This document shows, piece by piece, positions 23,510-35,379 of a stretch of 64,000 nucleotides of DNA. The stretch covers positions 86,010 through 150,009 of the forward strand of contig DF237145.1 in assembly GCA_000708835.1 (NCBI GenBank), in the 5' to 3' direction. The notes under the pieces were generated by a model, which did not search any database, was not told the DNA's origin, and saw nothing but the letters and a program-made list of their open reading frames with translations. The first letter of the stretch is position 1. Every line of letters starts with the position of its first letter. The translations under genes and the position numbers were made by a program. This stretch comes from Klebsormidium nitens. Its lineage: Eukaryota; Plantae; Klebsormidiophyceae.

Positions 23510-24573
23510 AGACTATCTGTGGTGATGTAAGTAGCCGGCCCAACCCCCCTCCTCCAACTTGGACACATTGGAAGGTGCTCCCCTATGATGCACTCTTGAA
23601 GGGCAGGTGTTGCTTGTAGGGTCTTCACCCTCTGCATGGAAAAGCGGGGCGGGACTCAAATCAGAAGCCAAAAAGATAAAGGCCAAGAACTCCTGATTTC
23701 CATTATTACCTGGTGTACCTGAAGTACGTAAGCATAGCAACATAAAGCAACAATTTTCGAAGAGCTACGCCTGCAGTGAACATCATTTTGCCCAATCTGG
23801 AGTGGGCAATGAGCACATTGGAGAAACATTCTGCTCGTCAAGCCAGAGGGGCAAAATTGGTCCATAACTTGTTGTCAGCTTTGTCCTTTTGGGCTGGTGA
23901 AAAGGTGGTATGCTTCTGTGTGAAAACAGGATGTAGTAATCTACTACCTGCACCTCACCCCGTCATCCTTTTCTCAAGGGGCGTCTGGGGCTGAGCTGTT
24001 TTCCATTTAGCAGCATTTATTTCCAGCTTGACACCGGACATTTTGCAAGGCTGTCTCCGCTGCTTTCATTGAATCGCCTATTTGAAACACCAGGTTACTA
24101 TTTCAGCTGCCAGCCGGCATAAGAATTCTTGAGCTCTAGTTTTACATGCAACTGTCATCGAACAGGATGCCATTGAGTGCTGATTGCTTTAGACCTACTT
24201 ACCTGAGGCAGGAGGCCCGGTGATCCCTCCAAAGAAGCAGAACTTCTGTGTCCCAGGTTATGAACAGATTTGGCTGGGCAGTTTAGTTCAGGGGCTTGGA
24301 GTGTTCAGTGCAATGCAAGCGGGAGAACCTTCTGAAGTTGGGAAAGAGGTACGTTTTCCATCTGCCATTGCCTTTGGTGCTAAGCAAAGTGCAAGCTGGA
24401 AAGATCTACAAGTCTGAATCAGGCGCCAACCAATCAAATACACCTACCGTAGTAGCTACATCTTTAATCTGCAGCAGCTAAGTATCTGTCCAACACAGCC
24501 CTGTAAACCTGCAATGATGAGAGCTTGCCAGTTGATAAGTTGGCCAGTCGCTCGCTCAGAGCAGACTGCAGCG

Positions 24574-24593
24574 CGGCGGGCGGCCGCCCGCCG
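24574..24593. other. Perfect 20 bp all-GC palindrome in the divergent intergenic region
   Basis: CGGCGGGCGG|CCGCCCGCCG is its own reverse complement. Confidence 0.9.
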
Positions 24594-25683
24594 GGCGCCC
24601 GCACAGGTACTTCAAATCCTCTCCGTACAATCTGCGGTTGACCGATGCCGTCAAATGATGCATGCGGCACAGAACCTACCGGTATGAAGGGCTTCCACCT
24701 CAGCATCCCGCAGATTTGACCGATGTTTTCGGACTCACACGTATATAAGGGCAGTGGTGCTAGCAAAAATGCTGTTGGATAAGTTAAAGCAAATCCGCTG
24801 CAAATTGCAATCCACCTAATACAACTGAAATCACAGCAACCGTTTGCTGCTGGAACGGTATACTCATTCCATATTCCACGACACCTACATAAGCGGTGGG
24901 CGGTAGGCTGACCCGGGGTGGGTGTGTGCTGTTGAGTAACCGAGCGCCGTACAGCAGTTGAACAGAGACAGGATCTTGGCCGTTGGACTTCATCGGACGG
25001 TGCTGAAAGCCATGCTCAGAAGGAGTCTTGAAGGATTAAGCAATTAGCAGATTCAGCACAGTTACTCGTTCTATGCTCCCGAGTCCCGGTCACTGGACAG
25101 TTCCGAAATGACCGGGCGGCCGGAAGGAGCTAAGCAAGGAGTTAAAGGAGTACGGAGAAAAGTTGTGATTGGCCGCGCGACTCCTTTGCATCTTCTCAAA
25201 ACCAACTTGGCTCTCTTCTCAAGCCAGCTCTGATGAGAAAGTCATCCAATTCGAGCGCTTCCTGTTGGCTGAGTTGGTCCTTTTTAGGCAAGCAACTTGC
25301 ACATCGAAAGTGCTCCCAAAGCGCTTCCTGAAAAATGGTGAATGCAGCAAGCGGATCAATCGTTTTCTTTTCTTCTTTGGTGCTCATCATGTAATCAGCT
25401 GTAACAACCAGTCTCAGACTATGATCGAGCAGAGAGACGAGGTTTGAGAATGTCGCAAAAAGGACAAGTTCGAAGCTCCGGTTTGCTGGGGTTTTACTTT
25501 ACATCATAGCGCCATCGCTTACAGCAATTGGGGTGAAGTTCCGGGGTGCAGTCTTAGCTGGTGGTCCTTTGGGTGGCCATCACTGCTTAGCGGCATGCAC
25601 CTCAAATGTCAGGATCTACTAGTCCTGATGCATGGCAGACTTTCTGTCAATTGACTTGGGGACGCACATCGCGATCAGTCACC

Positions 25684-28600
25684 ATGGCAATTGCACAGTT
25701 GGTACCAAGAGGGTCCTTGGCTTGCCGCCAAGACTTGCTGGCGTCACATTACATTGCAAGCAGAGAAATACACTGGAGATCATCCAACTTCACCAGAAGA
25801 TCTCAGCCACTGTCGGAAACAGGGCAATGCGCGCCTTTGATTGCAAGAAGAACGCAGCTTGCAACGTTCTCAGCAAAGGGGGCATCATGGAAGATTGGCA
25901 CATCAAAAGCCACAGCTCAAACCGAAACCCAAGTCGTCTGCCCAGGTCCAGATACTGATGAATTGGGGACATATACACGGGTCTTGGCAAAACGCCAGCT
26001 TTACCGGCAGAGAGGACGTCGCTCAAAATGCCCAGCCAAGCGTCGACCAGCGCCCACCTGGGCTGCGGAAGGTGGCACCGCGCAAGTGACCTCAGCGGGA
26101 CCCGGTGCTGATGTCATCCGAGGTGAGCATCTAAACCCTCCTGTTAAGGTGACTCTCCAATCAAAGTGTATTCCTTTGTCAGCTTAGACTGGCCATGCCT
26201 TGTTTTTCTTTAGCCTTGGAAAGTAAGGTTCTTTCATCCTAAACTTCTTGAGATGTGCGGAAAGTTCTCAGGAAGGTGTCAGGCGCATCTCTCGATGAAT
26301 AGGTTGAAGTAGCGACGTTTTGCGTTCTCGCCGTGCATTCAAGCAGGCTATATTGGCCATACTCCTCCCTTTGGTCTTCCCGCCTGGCAGTTCACAGTTC
26401 AGCCACCTTCGCATTGCAGGCCGCACCTAGTTCTTTCAACAGTCCATAAGTGATGAACAGTCTTAACTGACGCAAAAGCCCATACTGGCCTGGATCCAGT
26501 ACCAGTATCTGCAACCCAGGGCCACCACCTAGCCCTGCGACTCAGTCAAGCAACTCTGCTTGTTGCCAAACCTTTCAGCAAGACTCTTTCGAATGCTATT
26601 ACAGAGGCGGATGCATCTTATTTCTTGATTTGTAGCAAACATTCGCTGCTTAGATGCCCTGATCGGTTGCTGCAGGTCCATGCACGCACATTGCAAAAGG
26701 AACTTTCCTTTCTGAGAACCAACGGAAGGAGGTCGCTGAAGTGTTTGCACATCATGGGGGCAAGTTGATTCGTTCGGGACAGCTTCTCCAAGCGCTAGCG
26801 GCGATCGGAGAACGCTGGTCGAAGCAAGAGGTAAAGGAATGGATCTGTTGCTTGTGACGAAGGTTGTCAGAGTTCATGAAGCACCCTCCGACTGGAGAAA
26901 ATCCTTCTGTTGGCCATCTTCAAAAGTCAGCCGCTCCAACTCCAACCACGCCAACTATGGAGATCCTTGCAGGGCAATGAGCGCTCAAGATTCCAAGAAC
27001 AGGCCTGTGTGGGCACATCTGTTGAAAAGGTTCGAAAGGCAAAGAGTCGGAGGATACCTGTCAAAGATACAAGACAGCAATGCCGAGTGGGAGGGTTGAT
27101 TTGCTCACTTCGTTCCGTGAAGCAGCTCGATTTCCAGCCCTTTTGACTAACGGCGGTTCAGATGTTGGAGAATTGGTGATACTCGACGCAACCAATTTTA
27201 CCATCAGAAAGTGTGCTTTGAATCGGGTTGTGATCTAGTTCCATTGATTCGACCCTCTGCCAACGCGTGTCAATAGTTAACTCGATCCGATGCCTGATCG
27301 CTCTGTTAAGCCAATGGAAAAGTTTGTTCGTCCGAAGCAAGTCTTTGCTTCAACGTCCAGGTTTATCTGTCTTGCTTCATCCTTCCCCCGTGCCCTCCAT
27401 CGAAGGTCTGCCTTTGCTGCGGCTTTCAGACTGTTCTTAAGCTGGAACCGCTACTTGTCCAAATTCCCATTTCGCTTTCCACACGGGCAAGTTTCTCAGT
27501 TACTGATATCAGTCACAGTCCCCTAAAACATACTTCCACGCTCTAAACTGGAAAAACCTCGTCTTCTCGCTGCCTTATCCAATCCTGCGACCGTTTCGCA
27601 GGCCGAAAAAGCGCTGCACGAAGCAGGGGGATCCCTCGACAGCGTCGATGCCCTGGACCGTCTGCTACATGACGTCAGCGCCGCGGCGACAGCTGTCCAA
27701 ATGTGCCTTCCCGGAAACGAGGAGAGTACCAGGGTACTCCGCCCGCTTATGTCCCGGCGGGTTTATAAGCGGGGGGAAACGCTGGTCAACCAGGGTAAGG
27801 CTCGTTCGAAACGCTCTAAGCTTTGTCGCGGAGTTGCTGAGGAGTCCAGCAAACCGGAGACTCTGGTCCGACTAGAACGGATTTGCGGCAGCAAAAGCAC
27901 ACTCAAAACCTTTTGAAGCCCTGTCTGCACAGCCGGAGAGTTGTTTGCATATGATGCGAGAGAGCAAGCGACCGACTTGGACCGCTTAAGCAGCCGTCTC
28001 GTCACAAAGGCTCGAATATGTTCTGCAAGAAAACCAAGGACCAACTGCGTTTTCAAGACAGAAGTCGGAAGCCTCTTCTGTAGCTCCAACTCGATTCACT
28101 TCTGAACGCCAATCCGTCGCCCCCTTTCGCAGGCGAGATCGGAACGGAGTTCTTCGCCCTCGCGGCGGGCTCCGTGTCCGTAATCAAGGACGGCCAACGG
28201 ATCGGGGGGATGCGCGCCCCGGACTACTTTGGCGAGCTCGCGCTTCACACGCAGGCGCCCCGGGCCGTCACCATACAAGTAACGCTCAAGCTCTTGCCCA
28301 GCTTTGCGTTACATTCGGATTTCTCTTTGGTACTGCCGCTGAGGGCTTCCGGCGAGCTCGCGCTCCACATCCAGCCAGTCCGGGCCGTCACCATACAGGA
28401 AACGCACAAGACCTACGCCAAGCTGGGCATTATGTTCAGAGTTCCCTTTCAGCACTGCCGCCGAAATTTGCCGAAGAGCTTACGCTCCGCACAGAAACGC
28501 TCCATTCATGTAATGTACGGACTGCGCTAAGAGCTTGGCCTTACGCTTACGTTCGTTGCGCGAGTTCTTCTTTATTCACAGGCGCCCCGGGCCTTCACGA

Positions 28601-30748
28601 GACGACTAAAATACGAGGTAGCCAACGGGCCTGGCGTTACATTTAGCTTTTCTTCCCAATCCACCAATTGAACATGAACTCGCGCCTAGGAGAAAGACAT
28701 GCGCCAACAATACTGAAGAGTCAAGTGGACGTTTTGAGTTCGCTTAATGGGGCCCGAACGGCGCCTACCCTTGTCATATGCCTGTAATGCTTTTTGGCTT
28801 TGATTCCGCGCGCTTCCGGCAGGCCGCCGATGACGTCACAGTGTACGTCTTGCGGGAAGCCGACTACGCGAAGCACATCAAGGAGCAGAACGCGGACAAG
28901 CGCGCGAAGTACGGCGCGTTTCTGGCGTCCGTGCCCCTTTTGAGTGAGCCACGTGTCTTAGGCCTGGCGATAGCATATGATGTGCTGCAGCTTATGAATG
29001 CTCCGAACCGCCACGAGGTCTGTCCTCAGTGAATGCAATTTCGAGAGGAGTATGGAGAAATTTGTGATACTCTGTTCTTTTCTGGACGAACACACAGTTA
29101 AAAATTGACAGCGGCTGTCTCGAAAACGCTCTGCGATTGAAGGCGAAACATAGATTCCACATGAAGCAGCGCTATTGAACCTTCAGTCCCGTCTTTAGTA
29201 GCCTAACAGGGAACCTTACAATCTGCTCAAGCTGTTACGCGTACGGGAGCACCAATTTGTAAGACCCTGAATCCCGAGCTTTAGTAGCCCAACCCTAAAT
29301 CAGACGAATCAGAAGCCACATTTTTCTGGCCTGCCAGAGGACATGGAACCGTACGACCGACTGAAGCTGTGCGACGCGTTGAAGGAGCAGCAGTTCCAAG
29401 ACAACGAGCTCATCATTCAGGAAGGAGAGGACGGCGCGCGCATGTACATAGTTACCGAGGTAAACCCACTCTTAACCAAGGGTTAACCGCCTGCATTAAA
29501 GTACGTCGTTAGGAAGGACAGGAAGGGGCGCGTACCGTGGTACGTCTGTACACGACATATTTACGAAAATGAACCCATCTTAACCAAGGGTTAACCGCGT
29601 GCTGCTCACAAATCTGCAGGAAACCAGGAACCTTTCCGTTTGCAGACGTGTTAAAAACGGAGTCTGAGGACGGTTTTTCACGTCAGCACGTTTGTCTTTG
29701 CAGGGGGAGGTCGTCATCGTGAAGTCATTTGACAGCAAGCAGCCGGTGCAAGTGGCGGTCATCAAACCAGGTGGGTCTCATCGCCGTTTTCTCTGACGTG
29801 GCTCCGTCTCTTCCGCGTGCTCTCGTAAATAGCACACACACGTTCAGGGAGCAGCCTTTCTCCTAAGATCTGCCTTAAGAAAGTAGGGCAGTTTAGAAAA
29901 ACGTTTGAATCTCTGGGAGTCACCCGACGAGTTTTTCTCGAGGCGCTCGACTGTGCCAAGCCAGAAAGCTCAACTTCGAAGCCCGCAGTGTTTGCTTAAA
30001 AGCCATCTAAAATCCTGATTTACCGCCCACGTTAGGGGAAGTCCGCTGTATCAAGATTGGAAAAGGGTCATCTTCCATTTTGAGAGCGAGCGGCGAGCTC
30101 CGGAGCCGCCAGACCGTCTGCTTTGAAACCCCATTCGGAATTCTGAACCCCTGACTTACGACACAATTCGCTTATGGAATCTCGTTGGATAGCGCTTCAT
30201 CGTGAAGAGCGAACAGCCAGCTGATGAGCTTCTTCTGTAGATGCATTGAAAGAATCGAAGCTCGCGACCATGATCTCCGCTCAACCCTCTGAAACGACCT
30301 TGTTCCCAAATTCCTTGGGCAGGGGGTTTCTTTGGAGAGGCAGTCCATCGTGCGCGGCGAGCTCCTGAGTTGCTGAACTATCATCGCCCCTTCTGTGAGC
30401 TTTTGCCATCGAACCTCGTTTTAGTACGTCTCTTGCGCAGGCGGCTTCTTTGGGGAGCGTTCCATCGTGAAAAGCGAGCGGCGCGCCGCGAGCGCGCTCT
30501 GCCACGGCCCCGTCCAGTGCGTGTCACTGGACCGGCTCTCGTTCCTGCGGATGCTGCAAAGTCAGGCGACGTCCGGTATCATCCAGAATTCCGTCAAGGG
30601 ATACCGGACTGCGGCGGACGCTAACCAGGCGAGCGAACGCCCGTCATCTTCCCGTCCGAAATCTCAAATCTCAAATCTGCTCGAGATCATGTCCTTTCCC
30701 ACACCAGTTGGGTCTCCGAAAGACAGCGTCTTTAGGAAGCTGCCCTAG
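25684..30748 (+). CDS. Protein with transit-peptide-like N-terminus, degenerate calmodulin-like EF lobe and two tandem cNMP-binding domains (may continue into the downstream CCD)
   Basis: Phase-consistent exons 25684-26122 (upstream in-frame ATG at 25606), 26676-26830, 27602-27794, 28133-28278, 28823-28943, 29338-29459, 29704-29770 and 30441-30748. Motifs: LSENQRKEVAEVF...ALAAIGERWSKQEAEKAL; YKRGETLVNQGEIGTEFF...FGELALHTQAPRAVTI; FQDNELIIQEGEDGARMYIVTEG...FGERSIVKSERRAASA. Confidence 0.85.
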
Positions 30749-31077
30749 ATTAAGCGGGCGGCGTCGGCTTGAAAACTTTGCGCAATCGTACAGAGTTTCT
30801 CTTCTCTGGATGTATCCAACCCCTGTTTGGAACAGCACTTAACACCTTTCTGTGGACAGGCCAGCTTGAGACTCTCTCTGAACACTCCTTTTTCGAATTC
30901 TGAAAACTTAGGCTCGTTCGGGCGGCATCCTTCGCACATCTCGCTCAAAGAAGAGGACCCAGTTTGTTTTCTTCTATACGGATCTGGAGGTCCTGCTCTG
31001 GCGACTTCCAAAGCAGCGGACACGCTTGTATGTCGCCCTTGTATGTCGCCATTTCTGAGCGTTCTTGACGCTTGCAG

Positions 31078-34000
31078 GTGTATACTCTGGGCGCTTTGGT
31101 CTCGCTCCAGCTCCTGGACGCGGCCGCGTATGAGGACGAGGCATACGCTATGGAGGTCGTCGAGGGGCACGTGCCGACCGATCTGGACGGCGTCCTGTAC
31201 AGAAACGTACGTTCGAGATATCCGCACCTCAAATCATCCAGTTTGTCGGAGAGAGCGAATTCAAAACTAGGGAAAGATCTGTCTACCTACGGAAAGATCT
31301 GTCTACCGATCGCTTCAGCGAAATGATCTCGACACTCTCCGTAGTAGCGCCGGCCGAACCCTGCTCAACAACCGCGCCTCTTGATAAGAGCTGCGAATCC
31401 GACTTAGGCGTCTGGCTCTCCGAGGTATTGAAGCTTATCTTCTGCGTTCGTTCTCTGTCACGCTCGACAAGAATAAGATATGGAATATGTCAAGGTAAAT
31501 TAACATGTTGGTTGAGGGCCTTGTGAGGACCAGACCAGAATTCTTTAACCTTTTCGCTGCAGGGCCCCGCCTCCTTGAAAGGAGTGGGCGGTTGGCCCCT
31601 GAACAACCCGGTAGACGGGGACGGCTGTATCGCCGCGTTTTCCTTCTCCCGAGGTAAAGTGTACCTGCGGAAACGGGTCGTGCGCACGTCCGCATTCGAG
31701 CGGGAGAAGGCGACCGGGAAGTCGAGCTCCAGGGGGGCATTTGGCACTGTGAAAGACGGGGGGTATTTGGCAAATCTGCTGGACCTGCGTGTGAAGAACG
31801 CCGCCAACGTGAGTTATATCAAGTGAAGCGTCGTCACAAGTCTGCGCGGATGAAGGTAGACCATCTCTTCTTTCTTCTGGACGCGCATGGAAGGTAAACG
31901 TTATGATGAAAACAAGTAGGGTGCAAAAATGTTAACTTTCTACCGGGGCGCGCAGGCAAAGTAGAGGGGTTACTCCGTTCTTGAGCAGTCTACGAAAGCT
32001 AGCGTGGACGGAAATGGTAGAATCGACCTAGCAAAAGAAACCTTCGTTCCTTTCGAAAGCAAAGTCTGCCGGAACTCCACTTCAAACCGTGGAGTTAGAG
32101 GAGAACAAACGTAAGCTCTCAAGCTACACAAGTTGACATCTCTAATCTTTCACTTGCAGACCAACGTAGTGTTCTGGGGCGGTCGGCTGCTCGCGCTCTG
32201 GGAGGCGGGGTTACCACACGAGTTAGACCCCGAAACCCTCGAAACCCGGGGAGTAACCGACCTTAACGGCGCGCTAACCAGTGTGATGTACCCCGTGTTG
32301 AGATGGGTGGACCCGCCGTTCCAGCCCGCGTTTGCGGCGCACCCACGGATCGATCCGGTGAAGAAAAGGTGGGAACTCCGTCCCTGTGTTTGCAAGTTTG
32401 TTTTGACGTTCCTCGGTCAAGGAAAAACCCTGCCAAATTTTTCACATTCTTGCCTTGGGGACCGTTCATGAGCTGGCAGGTGTCTCTTTTGGCTTCGCTT
32501 CGCGGATCGTTCGGTGCCCGGATGAGTGCGTTCTCTCCACCTTTTGACTGCGAAAACGAATCAGTTGATTCGCTACATTTATTATTACATCGGAATCTAG
32601 ACAAGTTTTTGTATTCTCTAGCCTCCGATTCATCTTTGCTTAAGCTTCCAGCAGACGGGGATAAGCTGCAAGCGGATCGAGACCTTCAATGAAAATTTCT
32701 AACAGCATTTTGAAAAAACATCTCAATCGAATAAAACAGAGAGTCATCAATCTATAAGCGCTTTAGGTCAACCATATCTATTTTGTGCCTTCTGAACTGT
32801 TTACGGCTGTATCGCTCAAATTGTGACGTATCGGCCCCACAGGTTCGTCAGCTTTGGCGCAACCACCTTCCCTCACGCTTTGCACGACCGAATGCGCGTG
32901 ACGTGCTATGAGTGGGACGCCGACTGGCGGCTGGTGTTCACGCGCTCCGTGTGGGCCCCATTCACACTGCTGCACGACTTCTGCATCACGCCCAACTACT
33001 ACGTTTTCCTGTACACCCCCGGGAAGATGGACCTGCCGAAGTGAGTGGCGCAAGTGTGGGTTCCGTACAGTGGGTTTGAAAACGCTGGAATACTAGAGGC
33101 GTTCAGGCTTTGAGGATCAGAGGGATTTAGCGTCAGGCGTGAGAGGCGTGGAGAGGAAGAAGCCGAAATGAGGGCTGATTTTTGGGAGAAGAAGTATACG
33201 ATCCGGATGATCTCCTCTGGTCAGGAAGCGTTTCCGCGGTCAAGGAGTCTTTCCATTCTCCTCTTTGACCAGTCGCTTTGCTCATACCCCTAGGCTTTCC
33301 GAAGACTCGTGAAATCATTCTCAGCGCACTCTTATTCGGCGCCCTCTTCAAACTCGGCGCCCTTACTGCACGTCAACCTCCTTAGATCTTTCAGTCTTAT
33401 CACAGATTCATACTCGACCCGAAAGCTGGCATTGCGGGCGCGGTCAAATTTAGCAACACGGCGGGGGGGGAGATCATGCTGGTCTCGCGGCATCACCCGA
33501 CGGCGCCCCCCCAAACGTTCAAAACGGCGCCGCTTTCCGCGCTGCACCACGCGAACGCGTTCGAGGACGGGCTGGGGAACGTGGTGCTGGACACGCTCAA
33601 ATACATGGTGAGCTCTCGAGCGTTGACGTCACTTCGGACGAAACAGAGGTCTTGGGTGAGATTTACCGAGATGACGTCACTTCTGACTTCACACAGGTCG
33701 TGGTAAGGTCTCCAGGAATAAATCACTTCTGAAGTCACACAGGTCGTCTTGCGCGGGCAAAAAGTGTACGAGGCACAAGCTGGAGGGGTAGCTCCTTGCA
33801 TTCGAACCATGCAGTTTGTTTCGATCAGAGTATCTGACCTTGGTGAGTCGAGGTATGCCCCGCTTTCCTGACGTCACAAAATGCCGTACGAAACGCTGAA
33901 GCCGAACCGTTCAATGGCGCGCGCGGCGGATCTCTATGCATCATTCTTGCAAAGCAGCCAGCGCCCCCAATTCAAACCTGTTCTCGTACGATCTTTTGTC

Positions 34001-35379
34001 AACCGATTCGGCTTCTCATGACGTCACGGTGACGTGGGCAGGATTTCCTCCCCTCGCAGAGGATCCCGATGCAGTACTTGCGGACTACGTCGGCCGACTC
34101 CGCCGCTTATCCCCCTCTTGAGTTTCTGCCGGCGTCGAATGTGGTCCGGTTGCGGCTAGACCTAAATACCAAGCAGACGACGATCGAAACGCTCGACAAG
34201 CGGAACGGCGAGTTTGCCGCGATCCACCCGGAGCGGGTTGGCTACAGTGCTCGGTTCATTTACACCGCGTCATGTCAGGTAAGCGCCTCTTCATTTTGCC
34301 TAAGGACATCGGATGCAAACCCCCGGTTGACGGTTCGGGTTTTGATTGGCTTGCGGCAGAATTGCCGGCTGAACGGTTTTCAGGCTTTCAGAGCTTGCAA
34401 CAAAGCTCTCAAGGAACCCAAAAAAACCTAAGACTGATCTTTAGAGCAGCTTAGTGCGGGCCTTGAAAGGACAGCAGGCGTGCGAATGTATTAGCTTCTT
34501 GCCCATCGTACGGGTGGAAAAGTTGTAATTGGGTTACCGCTCCCAGGCTTTGAACCGTACTTTCTATGCAACTTGCTGAAGCTGGTTCAGCTTCTTCCAA
34601 CCTGCTGCCCACGTCACGGAGACGTCACGGAGACGTCACGGAGCTTTACGGGTCTCTTGCATCGTTTCCCAAAGTGCTCATTCTAGTTGTCCGCCCACAG
34701 GTTCCGGAAGGGGGCGCGCTTTTCGACGCGCTCAGAAAGGTCGACACCAGCGGGAAGACCCCCCCGCAAATCTGGGGGGAGTCGCCGACCGTGTATGTGG
34801 GGGAGCCCGTCTTCGTGCCACGTGGCGGGCAAAGAGTGGGCGCGCCGTTTGAAGAAGATGCGGGCTGGGTGCTCATTCTACTATACGATACTAGATCGTT
34901 GACGACGGACCTTGCTGTGTTTGACGCCAAGGTAAGGCAGTCCGTTAATTTGAGCGCCTTTGATGGAATTATACGCCGATGCTACCAATCTCGTAGTTGC
35001 GTTGCGTTTCGCAAGTCAAATGGTTCCCTCCCTTTACCTGACGTCCAACTTGTTTTATGTTTTTCAGTGCTTCACTGCTGCGCTTCCAAAGCGGAAATGG
35101 AGAAAAAGTTTCTTGGAAAGTACGTCGACCAATTTTGCCGTCTACCTTTGATAACGTAGTGAGCGAATTCTGATGAGCAGGGCCAGTAACCGGCCTACAA
35201 TATGATTTCGGCGTTTTGAAGTTTTGTAAAAACGGCAGCTGGCTGATCCGACTTTGCAGGACATAACGAAAGGACCCGTCGCCCGGTTGAGGTGCCGCCA
35301 CAACATGGCGTACGGTCTGCACGGCACGTGGGCCGCCCGGGAAGACTTGAACCGGGGTAGAGGTGCCTTTTCCGGGTGA
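31078..35379 (+). CDS. Carotenoid cleavage dioxygenase (RPE65/CCD family, CCD7/cyanobacterial ACO-like), CCD-A; lacks its own upstream ATG
   Basis: Exons 31078-31206, 31563-31808, 32160-32368, 32843-33040, 33406-33607, 34042-34278, 34701-34931 and 35260-35379 are all phase-consistent. Motifs: EGHVPTDLDGVLYRNGP, DGDG, KNAANTNVVFWGGRLLALWEAG, four Fe-ligand His (AAHP, LHDF, HHANAF, GLHGTW), GEPVFVP and EEDAGWVL. Confidence 0.92.

Noticed and set aside
27602-30748. Calling the tandem CNB gene a PKA regulatory subunit
   Set aside because: No dimerisation/docking domain or inhibitor motif is evident, and the N-terminus is transit-peptide-like plus an EF-like lobe.
6243-34030. At least 11 TGACGTCA (CRE-like) octamers in and around a cAMP-related locus
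   Set aside because: Several sit 15-25 nt upstream of 3' splice sites, where TGAC fits the branch-point consensus, and others are inside exons. None is in the divergent promoter. CREB-type regulation is an animal system, so there is no support for a cAMP-response element.
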